From: Chloroflexota bacterium
GTDB taxonomy: Bacteria > Chloroflexota > Limnocylindria > P2-11E
DNA length: 58,524 nt
Assembly (NCBI GenBank): GCA_005889445.1
Contig: VBGS01000095.1
Location: 1 to 58,524 of the forward strand
Direction of reading: 5' to 3'
This document shows, one piece after another, positions 1 through 9,228 of the stretch (the stretch's first letter is position 1; each line of letters opens with the position of its first letter). The notes below the pieces were generated by a model. That model made no database searches and was not told the origin of the DNA. It saw only the letters and a list, made by a program, of their open reading frames with translations. A program made the translations under genes and the position numbers.

Positions 1-728
1 TTGCAGACCACCAGGTCGGTCGGGTAGCCGAAGAGGTGGAAGTAGGTGAAGGAGCGCTGCGCCTCCTTGATCACCATCTTCTCGAGGTTCAGGACCAGCC
101 GCACCGAGCTCTTGGTCTCGTCGGCGAGCAGCCGCTGCATGTGATCGAGCCGGTGGAAGAGCTCCTCGCCGGCCTGGAAGACGGTGTCGTCGGGAACGGG
201 AACGCCCATGACCCGGCGGAGCACCGGGCCGGCGATCCGCATCGCCTGGCGCTGGATCGGGAAGATCCGCTCGAGCCACCACCGTCCCGCTTCGGGCAGC
301 GAAAGCAGGCGCACGGTCTCGCCGGTCGGCGCGGCGTCGACCACGATCACGTCGTAGTTCCCGCTGTCGTGGTGCTCCGCGATCCACAGGAGCGAGCTGA
401 GCTCGTCCATCCCGGGCAGCACGGTGAGCTCCTCGGCGAGCACGTCGTCGAGCCCGCGCCACTTGAAGACGCTCTGCACATAGCGCTGGATCGTGCCCCA
501 GTAGCGGCGGACGTTGTAGTAGACGTCCGACTCCTGGCCCCAGAGGTTCTCCACGATCTTCGTCGGCTCACCGCCGAGCGGAACGTCGAACGAGTCCGCG
601 AGCGAATGCGCGATGTCCGTCGAGATGACAAGCGTTCGTTGCCCGCGCTCGGCGCAGCGAAGCGCGGTCGCGGCGGCGACGCTCGTCTTCCCGACCCCGC
701 CCTTGCCCGTGTAGACGATGATCCGCAC
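1..728 (-). CDS. ArsA/Get3-family ATPase, C-terminal part runs off the window
   Basis: This frame is not in the ORF track because it has no stop inside the window. Reverse translation from GTG 728 gives VRIIVYTGKGGVGKTSVAAATALRCAERGQRTLVISTDIAHSLADSF...VVDAAPTGETVRLLSLPE, which has the deviant Walker A and the ArsA-type switch region. Confidence 0.8.
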   Translation of the reverse strand, partial: MRIIVYTGKGGVGKTSVAAATALRCAERGQRTLVISTDIAHSLADSFDVPLGGEPTKIVENLWGQESDVYYNVRRYWGTIQRYVQSVFKWRGLDDVLAEELTVLPGMDELSSLLWIAEHHDSGNYDVIVVDAAPTGETVRLLSLPEAGRWWLERIFPIQRQAMRIAGPVLRRVMGVPVPDDTVFQAGEELFHRLDHMQRLLADETKSSVRLVLNLEKMVIKEAQRSFTYFHLFGYPTDLVVC

Positions 729-865
729 GCTCCCCGCCACGAAATCGAGCCTACGCTTGCGACCGCTCGTTCACCGCGACCGATACGCCGCCGATTCGCC
801 GTGCGCGCGATGCGCGCAGTACGGTCCCGACGCCGGTGATGGCGGCGTAGCAGGGGAGGCCGCAC

Positions 866-1126
866 ATGTCACCTCTTTCCCAGCGCGAGGTCCAGGTACT
901 GAAGCTCGAGGCCCTTGGGCTCAACACGAAGCAGATCGCGGCCGAGCTCGGCATCAGTCCGAGCACGGTGAACTGGCATCGCAAACAGGGGCTGGCGCGT
1001 CAGACCGCGGCCTTGGCTCCGATCCTCGCTCCGAGCTCGCGCACGACGTCGACGATCGAGTCGACATCCGCTTCCGTCGTGCGCCAGTTCACGATGGCCG
1101 GTCGAAAGGCCACCAGACCGCGGTAG
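866..1126 (+). CDS. small LuxR/GerE-type HTH protein
   Basis: The ATG is preceded by GGGGAGG 6 nt upstream. LSQREVQVLKLEALGLNTKQIAAELGISPSTVNWHRK is a GerE-type HTH. The last ~40 codons are low complexity and run antisense to the remnant at 1000-1209. Confidence 0.6.
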   Translation: MSPLSQREVQVLKLEALGLNTKQIAAELGISPSTVNWHRKQGLARQTAALAPILAPSSRTTSTIESTSASVVRQFTMAGRKATRPR

Positions 1127-1209
1127 CGCGTCGTTCCGACATACACGCGCCCGTCAGCGAGGAGCTCGGTGCCCAGACGCAGGTTGAGGGCATCGAGCAC
1201 CTCGGCCAC
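1000..1209 (-). pseudogene. C-terminal remnant of a PLP-dependent decarboxylase / class-V-fold enzyme
   Basis: The 69 codons ...GRVYVGTTRYRGLVAFRPAIVNWRTTEADVDSIVDVVRELG match only the extreme C-terminus of such enzymes. An in-frame TAG lies three codons upstream of the GTG, and no N-terminal part is present. Confidence 0.45.
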
Positions 1210-1278
1210 GCCCAGAGCCTAGTAACGTGTCATGCGGTGTCGAAAACGGCCGACCCAGTTCGTCGTTCTCATGTGCGG

Positions 1279-1542
1279 ATGCTGCTGCACGGCGTCTTCC
1301 GCGGGTTCGCGGGAGGCGTCCGCGAGGTCACGCTCGACGCGTCGAACCTGCGCGAGGCGATCGACGGGCTGGCAAGCGCGCACCCAAGCCTCGCTGAGCG
1401 CCTGCGCGACGAACGCGGCAAGCTGCGCCCGCACATGGCGCTCTTCGTGAACGAGGATGATGCGCGCCTGCTGGGGTGGGAGGACGCTCCTCTCAAGGAA
1501 GGCGACATCGTGCACGTGATCCCGGCGCTCTCGGGCGGATAG
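1279..1542 (+). CDS. MoaD/ThiS-family ubiquitin-like sulfur-carrier protein
   Basis: 87 aa ending ...GDIVHVIPALSGG, with the C-terminal Gly-Gly. ATG at 1279, with an alternative GTG at 1273. The rest of the 274-aa track ORF is non-homologous. Confidence 0.75.
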   Translation: MLLHGVFRGFAGGVREVTLDASNLREAIDGLASAHPSLAERLRDERGKLRPHMALFVNEDDARLLGWEDAPLKEGDIVHVIPALSGG

Positions 1543-1552
1543 GGAGGGAGTC

Positions 1553-2620
1553 ATGGCAAAGAAGATCACGGTCCTGGTGGGGACAAAGAAGGGCATGTAC
1601 ATCCTGCGCGGCGACATGAACCGTCAGAAGTTCGAGATCGATGGCCCGCGGTGGGCGCCGGCGCCGATCCACCACGCCACCTACGACCCGCGCGACGGGT
1701 CGATGTACGCCGCGGTCAACCAGACCTGGGGCGGCAGCCGCATCGAGCACAGCCGGGACATGGGAAAGACCTGGACGACATCGTCGAATCCGAAGTTCCC
1801 TGAAGGATCGGACCGCACGTTCTCGCAGACGTGGCACATCGAGCCGGGCCATCAGACGACGCCGAACGTGATCTGGGCCGGGACCGAGCCCGCGGCGCTC
1901 TTCAAGAGCGAGGACCGCGGAGAGAGCTGGTCGATCGTGCAGAGCCTCGACGACCAGCCGACGCGCGCGAAGTGGGTACCGGGCTTCGGCGGCATGGGCC
2001 TGCACTCGATCGCGATCGACGCGAAGGATCCAAAGCGGATGTCGGTCGGCATCAGCGTCGGCGGCGTCTACACGACGACCGACGGAGGTATGACCTGGAC
2101 GCAGGACAACAAGAAGACCGGCGGCGACAGCGAGCGGCCGGACGTCTTCTACTGCATCCACAAGCTGCTGGCCCATCCCGAAGAGAGCGGGCTCCGCTTC
2201 ATGCGGGTCCATGAAGAGGTCTACTGGCGCGATCCGAGCGAGACGACATGGCGCCACAGCACGGCCGGTCTGCCTTCGAACTTCGGCTTCGCGGCGGCGA
2301 TGCATCCGCGCGACAGGCGGACCGCATACGTGATCCCGCTCGACAGCATGACGCGCGCGGCGATGCCCTTCGGCATCGGCGTGTACCGAACGCAGGACAA
2401 AGGAAAGTCGTGGGTGAAGCTCGAGAAGGGCCTTCCGCAGGGGGCGCCTCTCGAGACATTGCGCGAAGGAATGCACAACGATCGGCTCGACCCGATGGGT
2501 CTGTACTTCGGGACCGCAAATGGCGACGTATGGGCGAGCCGCGATGAAGGCGAATCATGGGCGCGCATCGCGCAATACCTGCCATATGTCACGTCGGTGC
2601 ACGCCGCGACGATCGAATAG
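1553..2620 (+). CDS. BNR/Asp-box beta-propeller (sialidase-like) protein
   Basis: Repeated S-x-D-x-G-x-T-W motifs (SRDMGKTWT, SEDRGESWS, TTDGGMTWT, TQDKGKSWV, SRDEGESWA). GGGAGGGAG RBS and start 10 nt after the moaD-like stop. Confidence 0.8.
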   Translation: MAKKITVLVGTKKGMYILRGDMNRQKFEIDGPRWAPAPIHHATYDPRDGSMYAAVNQTWGGSRIEHSRDMGKTWTTSSNPKFPEGSDRTFSQTWHIEPGHQTTPNVIWAGTEPAALFKSEDRGESWSIVQSLDDQPTRAKWVPGFGGMGLHSIAIDAKDPKRMSVGISVGGVYTTTDGGMTWTQDNKKTGGDSERPDVFYCIHKLLAHPEESGLRFMRVHEEVYWRDPSETTWRHSTAGLPSNFGFAAAMHPRDRRTAYVIPLDSMTRAAMPFGIGVYRTQDKGKSWVKLEKGLPQGAPLETLREGMHNDRLDPMGLYFGTANGDVWASRDEGESWARIAQYLPYVTSVHAATIE

Positions 2621-2762
2621 CCGCGAAGCGCGCCACATGTCGCGCGAGCACACCCGGGTACCAGGACGATCTGGCCCCGGCGATGCCATTGCCGATCACT
2701 CGCGCGCGCGTTGAAATGCACGTGGGTAGGGACCGCGATGAGGCCGGGGCTAAAGAGGGGAC

Positions 2763-2996
2763 GTGGCCATGAGCGCGGGACAGAACGTGCGACGTGGATA
2801 CGCGTGGACCGTCAGCACACCCAAGCGGCAGGCGCACTCACCGAGCGCGGGCGCGGAGGTCATGGCGGTAATGGCCGTGGCAGCGGTGATCTTCGCGGCG
2901 TTCGCCGCGTTCACTGACCCGGTGCTCGTCGCCGCGGTCCAGCACGCAGTCGGGACCGCCTGGACGAGCGCCGCCTCGCTCCTCGGGCACCGCTAG
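2763..2996 (+). CDS. possible small membrane protein, weak call
   Basis: This is the only ORF in the 2621-3018 gap. It has a hydrophobic stretch, MAVAAVIFAAFAAFTDPVLVAAV, and GGAGG at 2855-2859 ahead of internal ATGs (2862, 2871). A hairpin plus T-tract follows it. Confidence 0.2.
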   Translation: MAMSAGQNVRRGYAWTVSTPKRQAHSPSAGAEVMAVMAVAAVIFAAFAAFTDPVLVAAVQHAVGTAWTSAASLLGHR

Positions 2997-3018
2997 CACT
3001 CGCGTCAGCGCAGGTGAG

Positions 3019-3052
3019 GAGGGCCGGTCGGGGACCGGTCCTCTTTTCGTTT
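3019..3052 (+). terminator. intrinsic terminator-like hairpin plus T-tract
   Basis: An 11-bp GC-rich stem (GAGGGCCGGTC / GACCGGTCCTC, one G-U pair) with a 3-nt loop, followed by TTTTCGTTT. It abuts the purN stop codon on the other strand. Confidence 0.55.
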
Positions 3053-3653
3053 AGGCCGAGACGGCGGTAGGGATGAAGCGGCGGATCGCTTCCACGATCG
3101 CGATGTGCTCCTCCTCGAGGACGCGTGCCGCGAGAGTCGCGGGGTCGTCATCGGGCTTCACGGCGACACGCCGCTGCACCACGACCTCGCCCAGATCGAT
3201 CGTCTCGGGATGCACGCGATGCACCGTGCAGCCCGACTCCGTCGCTCCCGACGCGAGCACCGCGGCATGGACCTTGTCGCCGTGCATGCCACGCCCGCCG
3301 AAGAGCGGGAGCAGCGCGGGGTGGAGGTTGACGACCGGGACACCGGGCAGCCGCACGAAGAACGCCGGCGCGAGGATGTGATCGAATCCGGCGAGCACGA
3401 CGAGCTTCGCCCCGACCCCGGCGATGGCCTCCGCCATCGCGGCGTGCGCCGTCTCGCGGTCGGGATAGCTCCGCAGCGTGAAGACGGCGGCGGGCACACC
3501 GGCGAGCGCCGCGCGCTCGAGGGCCGGCACGCCGGCATGGTTCGCGATCACGATCGCGACACGGGCGTCGATCGCGTCCGAGGCGCACGCGTCGAGGATG
3601 GCCTGCAGGTTCGAGCCGCGCCCTGAGACGAGCACCGCGACGGGAAGCTTCAT
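3051..3653 (-). CDS. purN: phosphoribosylglycinamide formyltransferase
   Basis: MKLPVAVLVSGRGSNLQAILDA...VVNLHPALLPLFGG. ATG 3653 forms an ATGA overlap with the purM stop. The longer track ORF adds an Arg-rich non-homologous extension. Confidence 0.9.
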   Translation of the reverse strand: MKLPVAVLVSGRGSNLQAILDACASDAIDARVAIVIANHAGVPALERAALAGVPAAVFTLRSYPDRETAHAAMAEAIAGVGAKLVVLAGFDHILAPAFFVRLPGVPVVNLHPALLPLFGGRGMHGDKVHAAVLASGATESGCTVHRVHPETIDLGEVVVQRRVAVKPDDDPATLAARVLEEEHIAIVEAIRRFIPTAVSA

Positions 3654-4687
3654 ACGAACCGCACCCTCCTGCCGAATGTGTGCGTGACGACACGTCCGAG
3701 CGCGTATGCGTCGGGGATCGCGGCGAGCGCGTTGTCGCGGTCGTCGGCGTCTATCGCGACGACCAGTCCGATGCCCATGTTCCACGTGTCGAACGCGTCC
3801 GCGATCGCCACGCGACCCAGCTCCGCGAGGAGAGTGAACAGCCGCGGAACGTCCCACGCTCCCCGATCGATCTCGGCCCCGAGGCCGTCGGGCAGCGCGC
3901 GCGGCAGATTCCCCTCCCAGCCTCCGCCGGTCAGGTGAGCGATCGCGTGTACGCGAGCGCGGTCGCGCAAGGCGCGGAACTCGTCGAGATATGCGCGATG
4001 AGGGGCGAGCAACGCATCGCCGATGGTCCTGTCGTCGAGGTCGCGGCGAGCCTCACCAAGCAGGTCCTCGAACGATCTCGTCTCACTCGCCGCCGCGCGC
4101 GCCAAGATCGTCCGCGCGAGCGTGTAGCCGTTGGTGTGCAGGCCCGTCGACGGGATCCCGATCAGCGCATCGCCCTCGCGGACGCGCTCCGGTCCAAGAA
4201 CGCGATCGCGCGCGACCGCACCGACAAGGAACCCCGCCAGGTCGTACGTGCCCGGCGCGTACATGCCCGGCATTTCGGCGGTCTCCCCGCCGAGCAGCGC
4301 CACTCGATGGCGCGCGCATGCGTCGGCCATCGCCCCAACGACGCGGGCGAAGACCGCGGGCTCGAGGTGCGACGTCGAGAAGTAGTCGAGGAAGAAAAGA
4401 GGCTCGGCGCCCATCGCCATCGCGTCGTTGATGCAGTGATGCACCAGGTCCGTGCCGACGACCTCGTGTCGATCGAGAAGGCGCGCGACCTCGAGCTTGG
4501 TGCCGACTCCGTCGGTGGTCGCGACGAGCACGGTGTCGGCGCCGGGTGACGCGAACAGCCCGCCGAACTGCCCGATGTCGCCGATGACCTCGGGCCGCCG
4601 CGTCTTGCGCAGCCGCTCGCGAACACGTGCGAGCGCGTCGTCCGCGCGACCGATGTCGACGCCAGCGGCCTTGTACGTCAGGCTCAC
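3650..4687 (-). CDS. purM: phosphoribosylformylglycinamidine cyclo-ligase (AIR synthase)
   Basis: VSLTYKAAGVDIGRADDA...TTDGVGTKLEVA...GGETAEMPG. GTG 4687 forms a GTGA overlap with the purF stop. Confidence 0.9.
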   Translation of the reverse strand: MSLTYKAAGVDIGRADDALARVRERLRKTRRPEVIGDIGQFGGLFASPGADTVLVATTDGVGTKLEVARLLDRHEVVGTDLVHHCINDAMAMGAEPLFFLDYFSTSHLEPAVFARVVGAMADACARHRVALLGGETAEMPGMYAPGTYDLAGFLVGAVARDRVLGPERVREGDALIGIPSTGLHTNGYTLARTILARAAASETRSFEDLLGEARRDLDDRTIGDALLAPHRAYLDEFRALRDRARVHAIAHLTGGGWEGNLPRALPDGLGAEIDRGAWDVPRLFTLLAELGRVAIADAFDTWNMGIGLVVAIDADDRDNALAAIPDAYALGRVVTHTFGRRVRFV

Positions 4688-6087
4688 GCGTTCACCTGCT
4701 CGGCCTCGAGCGAGTCCTTGCCGAGCTCGAGCTGCACGGGCACGAGGTAATCGCCGGTGAAGCACGCGGTGCAGAGCTCGGCCTCGGTGCCGCCGGTCGC
4801 GGCGACCATGCCCCCCAGCGAGAGATAGCCGAGCGTATCGGCGCCGATGTGCCGGCGGATGGCCTCGACCTCGAGTCGCGACGCGATGAGCTCGTCACGG
4901 CGCGCCATGTCCACGCCGAAGAAGCACTGGTGCCGGATCGGAGGCGAGCAGATGCGCATGTGGACTTCGCGTGCGCCGTGACCGCGGAGCAGCTCCACGA
5001 TCGGTCCGCTGGTCGACCCGCGCACGATCGAATCGTCGACGACCACGACGCGCTTGCCGTCGAGCACGTCGGCGAGCGCGTTGTACTTCAGCGCGACGCC
5101 CTGACGACGGAGCTCGGGCGACGGCTGGATGAACGTCCGACCGATGTACCGGTTCTTGATGAGGCCCTCGCGGAATGGGATCCCGCTGCGGCGGGCGTAG
5201 CCGACGGCTGCCGGGATCGCGCTGTCGGGCACCGGGATCACGACGTCGGCGATCGCGGGGTGCTCGTCGGCGAGCGTCTCCCCCATCCGTTCCCGCGCCG
5301 CGTAGACCGAGACGCCGCCGAGATCGCTCGCGACCGACGCGAGATACACGTGCTCGAACACGCACATCCCCCGGCGATCGGCCGCGAAGTCGGCGATCGG
5401 AACGGCCCCGCGGTCGTCGATCCGCAGCACCTCGCCGGGCGCGACGTCGCGGACGAAGGCTGCCCCGACGGTCTCGAGGGCGCAGGTCTCGCTCGCGACG
5501 ATCCACGTCTCCCCCTTGCGGCCGAGCGACAGCGGACGGACACCGAGCGGATCGCGGACCGCGTACAGCGCAGACGGTGTGAGGATCACCAGCGACCACG
5601 CGCCGTTCAGCTTCGGGAGCGCGCGGATCAGCCGCTCGTCCCACGTCGCACCGCTCTCGCACGCGACCATCTGCGCGACGACTTCAGTGTCGCTCGATGT
5701 GGCGAAGCGCGCGCCGCCACGCGCCAGCTCATCGCGCAGATCGCGCGCGTTGATGCAGTTGCCGTTGTGTCCGATGGCGAGCTCGCCCAGGCCCGCGGCG
5801 CTCACGACCATCGGCTGCGCGTTCTGGATCCGCGAGCTGCCCGTCGTCGAGTAGCGCGTATGGCCGATGGCCGCGCGCCCGCCGAGCACCGCGAGATCGG
5901 GCTCGCTGAAGACCTGACCGACGAGTCCCATGCGCCGCACGATGCGCAGGTCCGACCCGTCCGTTGCGGCGATTCCCGCCGACTCCTGCCCACGGTGCTG
6001 CAGCGCGTAGAGCGCGAAGAACGTGAGGCGCGCGGCCTCGGTCGGGTCGGCGGTCGTTGGGTTCCAGACGCCGGTGATGCCGCACAT
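4684..6087 (-). CDS. purF: amidophosphoribosyltransferase
   Basis: MCGITGV supplies the N-terminal nucleophile Cys. PRTase loop VVVVDDSIVRGSTSG. 467 aa. Confidence 0.95.
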   Translation of the reverse strand: MCGITGVWNPTTADPTEAARLTFFALYALQHRGQESAGIAATDGSDLRIVRRMGLVGQVFSEPDLAVLGGRAAIGHTRYSTTGSSRIQNAQPMVVSAAGLGELAIGHNGNCINARDLRDELARGGARFATSSDTEVVAQMVACESGATWDERLIRALPKLNGAWSLVILTPSALYAVRDPLGVRPLSLGRKGETWIVASETCALETVGAAFVRDVAPGEVLRIDDRGAVPIADFAADRRGMCVFEHVYLASVASDLGGVSVYAARERMGETLADEHPAIADVVIPVPDSAIPAAVGYARRSGIPFREGLIKNRYIGRTFIQPSPELRRQGVALKYNALADVLDGKRVVVVDDSIVRGSTSGPIVELLRGHGAREVHMRICSPPIRHQCFFGVDMARRDELIASRLEVEAIRRHIGADTLGYLSLGGMVAATGGTEAELCTACFTGDYLVPVQLELGKDSLEAEQVNA

Positions 6088-8340
6088 CTACGCGGCCCCC
6101 ATCGCGCGAGCGAGCCCCTCGGCATGCGCGCGTGCGAGCGACGCGACCGGCGTGCCGAGGACCGGCACCACCTCGAGCAGGTCGCCACCGATCGCGCCGA
6201 GCGTCCAGAGCGCGACCTGATGCTCGGCCGCGAGCGCGCGGAGGTCCGCCTCGTGCCTCGGATCGAGCACGAGCACGATGCCCGACGGCGCCTCGCCGAA
6301 CAGCGCGGCGCGCTTGTCGATCCCGCGGTACGCCGGCAGCGTGACCTTCATCCCGATGCCGTCGCGGATCGCGAGCTCGGCCAGCGCGACGCCGAGGCCG
6401 CCCTCCGCGCGGTCGTGCGCCGCGCGGATGATGCCGCGCGCGTGCGCGGCGAGCACGAGCTTCTGCAGACGCGCTTCGAGCGCGAGATCCATCTGGACGG
6501 GCCCGCGATGGACGCCGTGCATCGCGCCGTAGACGGCCGCGTCGAGCGAGACCAGCGCGTTTCCGGCGAGGATCACGACGTCACCGGCACGGCCGGTGGT
6601 CACGGGGATGTGCCTGGTCACCTCGGCGAGATGCCCGACCGCGCCGATCGTCGCGGCCGGCCAGACGTCCTGTCCGCGGGTCGCGTTGTACAGCGACACG
6701 TTGCCCGAGACGACCGGCACGCCAAGCGCCTCGCACGCGGCCTTGATCCCGGCGACCGTCCGCGTGAGCTGCCACGCGCCTTTGGGGCGCTCGGGATTTC
6801 CGACGTTGAGGCAGTCGGTGATCGCGAGCGGCGTCGCGCCCATGCACACCAGGTTGCGCGTCGCTTCCGCGACCGCCAGCGCGGCGCCGGCGAACGGATC
6901 GAGTGCCGCGAGCCGCGGCTGCGCGTCGATCGCGATCGCGATGCCATCCTCCCGCCCCTTGATGCGCATGACCGCGGCGTCGCCGCCGGGTCCGACCACC
7001 GTGTCGGTGCCGACCATCGAGTCGTAGGTCCGGTACACGGCGCGCCGCGAGGCGATCGGGGGCGACGCGAGGAGCTCGAGCAGCTCGAGCCCGATCTTGC
7101 CGGTCTGTCGCGGCTCCTCATCGCGCTCCGCGTCTCCGGAAAGGCGCTCGTCGGAGACCGGTCGATAGGACGAGGCGAGCTCGGAGATGTCGTATTCGGG
7201 CGCATCGTCGGCGAGCGCGCGCGGCGGAAGCTCGGCGACGAGCTCATCGCGGTCGAAGATCCGCAGCACCGGCTCCGCGATTACCTCGCCGATCCGCGCG
7301 CCATGCAGTTCCCACCTGCCAAAGATCCGCTCGACCTCGCGTTCGCGACCGGGACGCGCGACGACGAGCATTCGCTCCTGCGATTCGCTGAGCATCACCT
7401 CGTGGGGCGTCATCGCGCGGGCGCGGCGCGGGACAGCACTGACGTCGATGCGCACCCCGACCCGGCTCTTCGCCGCCACCTCGCTCGCCGCGCAGGTGAG
7501 CCCGGCGGCGCCGAGGTCCTGGACCGCTTCGATCGCGTCGTCGGCGACGAGTTCGAGCGTCGCTTCGAGCAGGAGCTTCTCGAGGAATGGGTTCCCCACC
7601 TGGACCGAGGGCCGCTTCTCGTCGGAGCCCGCGCCGAGCTCGAACGACGCCAGCAGCGACGCGCCCGCGATCCCATCGCGCCCGGTGTCGCTCCCGACGA
7701 GGTACACGGCGCTCCCGGGGCGCGCGCCGGACGCGAAGCGAAGGTCCTCGGCGCGGGCGATCCCGACGCACATGGCGTTCACCAGGGGGTTCTCGGCGTA
7801 AGAGTCTTCGAACGAGATGTGGCCGCCCACATCGGGGATGCCGACGCAGTTCCCGTAAAAGGAGATCCCGCCGACGACGCCCGCGATCGTGCGACGCACG
7901 CCCGGATCGGTCGGCGGGCCGAAGAAGAGCGCGTTGAGCACCGCGGTCGGTCGCGCGCCCATCGCGAAGACGTCCCGCAGGATGCCGCCCACACCGGTCG
8001 CGGCCCCCTGGTACGGCTCGATCGCGGATGGATGGTTGTGGCTCTCGACCTTGAAGACGCACAGCAGGCCGCCGCCGAGGTCGACCGCGCCCGCGTTCTC
8101 GCCGGGCCCGACCACGACCGCGGGCCCGTTCGTCGGCAACGTGCGCAGGAGCTGCTTCGAGTGCTTGTACGCGCAGTGTTCGCTCCACATCGCGCCGAAC
8201 ATCGCCCACTCAAGCGCGTTCGGCTCGCGAGCGATGAGCTCGCGCACGCGGGCGGCCTCGTCGTCGGTCAGGCCGACTTCGTGGGGGATCTGGTTAGGCT
8301 GCGCCGTCGTCGTCCCCGTCATCGTCGGGGACGCGCTCAC
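6088..8340 (-). CDS. purL: phosphoribosylformylglycinamidine synthase subunit II
   Basis: 750 aa with ...EPNALEWAMFGAMWSEHCAYKHSK... and duplicated AIRS-like domains. Starts at GTG 8340, with GGAGCG upstream. The stop abuts the purF start. Confidence 0.95.
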   Translation of the reverse strand: MSASPTMTGTTTAQPNQIPHEVGLTDDEAARVRELIAREPNALEWAMFGAMWSEHCAYKHSKQLLRTLPTNGPAVVVGPGENAGAVDLGGGLLCVFKVESHNHPSAIEPYQGAATGVGGILRDVFAMGARPTAVLNALFFGPPTDPGVRRTIAGVVGGISFYGNCVGIPDVGGHISFEDSYAENPLVNAMCVGIARAEDLRFASGARPGSAVYLVGSDTGRDGIAGASLLASFELGAGSDEKRPSVQVGNPFLEKLLLEATLELVADDAIEAVQDLGAAGLTCAASEVAAKSRVGVRIDVSAVPRRARAMTPHEVMLSESQERMLVVARPGREREVERIFGRWELHGARIGEVIAEPVLRIFDRDELVAELPPRALADDAPEYDISELASSYRPVSDERLSGDAERDEEPRQTGKIGLELLELLASPPIASRRAVYRTYDSMVGTDTVVGPGGDAAVMRIKGREDGIAIAIDAQPRLAALDPFAGAALAVAEATRNLVCMGATPLAITDCLNVGNPERPKGAWQLTRTVAGIKAACEALGVPVVSGNVSLYNATRGQDVWPAATIGAVGHLAEVTRHIPVTTGRAGDVVILAGNALVSLDAAVYGAMHGVHRGPVQMDLALEARLQKLVLAAHARGIIRAAHDRAEGGLGVALAELAIRDGIGMKVTLPAYRGIDKRAALFGEAPSGIVLVLDPRHEADLRALAAEHQVALWTLGAIGGDLLEVVPVLGTPVASLARAHAEGLARAMGAA

Positions 8341-8577
8341 GATCGGGTGATCGCTCCGCGCTGCACCATCACGTAAAGACTAGCGTGCTGTTGACCAGCG
8401 GTTGTGCCTTCGTTACTTCCGAGTGCATTTTTGCTTTGGCCACCTGAGTATCGTGGCCCTGGGCTACGTCGGGCGTCACGGGAGGGGACCTATCTCACAT
8501 CGAGGCTCCAATCGGCTTCGCCGCGCGCCCAAACGTAGACCCACGTCGCGAAACCTCGCCCAAGGAGGGCCACATCG

Positions 8578-9228
8578 ATGTCAAGCCAGGAGAGAACGAC
8601 TCACGCGCGCGTTGTACGGCTCAAGGGTGAGCCCGCCAGCACCGACACAGCGATCAGGAAATGGACCAGCGAGATCTTCCCCTTGCTCAAGAAGCAAGAT
8701 GGTTTCCGCGGCGCGACCCTCGTCGGAAATCGCAAAACCGGCGACGGCTTGTCCGTGACCTACTGGGAAAGCGAACAGGCGATGAAGAACGCACGTCCGA
8801 AGGTCCGCCCCCAGGCGGAAACGATCTGGGCTCAGACGGGCGGGAAGATCGTGGACGACGACGAGTACGAGGTCGCCGTGCTTGAGCGGATCCAGCCGGC
8901 AAAGGCAGGCGTGTCCGTCCGGGTGACCACCGTCGAGGGCGATCCGGCAAAGCATGCCGAAGGTATCGCGAACTTCAAAGACAAGATCCTTCCGGTAGTC
9001 CGCAAGCAGGCCGGCGCGCGTACGGCGCTGCTGCTGGTGAATCGCAAGACCGGGCGGACCTTCTCGGCGACCGGCTGGGACACGCAGCAGGCTCTGGAGC
9101 AGAGCGAACCCGCAATCGCGGGCCTTCGCGACGAGGCGATCAAGAAGATCGGCGGCAAGAGCGGCAAGGTAGAGAAGTTCGAGGTGTATTTCACCGAGAT
9201 CCTCACGCCAGTCGGAGCGGCCAGCTAG
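8578..9228 (+). CDS. protein with two ABM/Dabb (ferredoxin-like) domains, function unknown
   Basis: AAGGAGGG RBS. Two homologous halves: ...GFRGATLVGNRKTGDGLSVTYWESEQAMKNA... and ...GARTALLLVNRKTGRTFSATGWDTQQALEQS.... Confidence 0.7.
   Translation: MSSQERTTHARVVRLKGEPASTDTAIRKWTSEIFPLLKKQDGFRGATLVGNRKTGDGLSVTYWESEQAMKNARPKVRPQAETIWAQTGGKIVDDDEYEVAVLERIQPAKAGVSVRVTTVEGDPAKHAEGIANFKDKILPVVRKQAGARTALLLVNRKTGRTFSATGWDTQQALEQSEPAIAGLRDEAIKKIGGKSGKVEKFEVYFTEILTPVGAAS

Noticed and set aside
4627-8376. 1249-aa plus-strand ORF spanning purF and purL
   Set aside because: It is an Arg/Asp/Gly/Ala-rich, low-complexity translation antisense to two unambiguous pur genes. This is a typical shadow ORF in high-GC DNA. 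The same reasoning applies to 12242-13861(+), 15646-16917(+), 17339-19342(+), 20456-22411(+), 21795-22919(-), 36882-38786(-), 54138-57113(-), 29500-30639(-) and the many other Arg/Pro-rich track ORFs.
8341-8577. Possible purine, ZTP (pfl) or PurR-type control element in the 237-bp purL / ABM-gene intergenic region, including the hairpin GGCCAC-N9-GTGGCC at 8438-8458
   Set aside because: Reading both strands, I could not find the conserved cores of the purine or ZTP riboswitches as I remember them. The hairpin has no U-tract on either strand. A cmscan would be needed, so no call is made.
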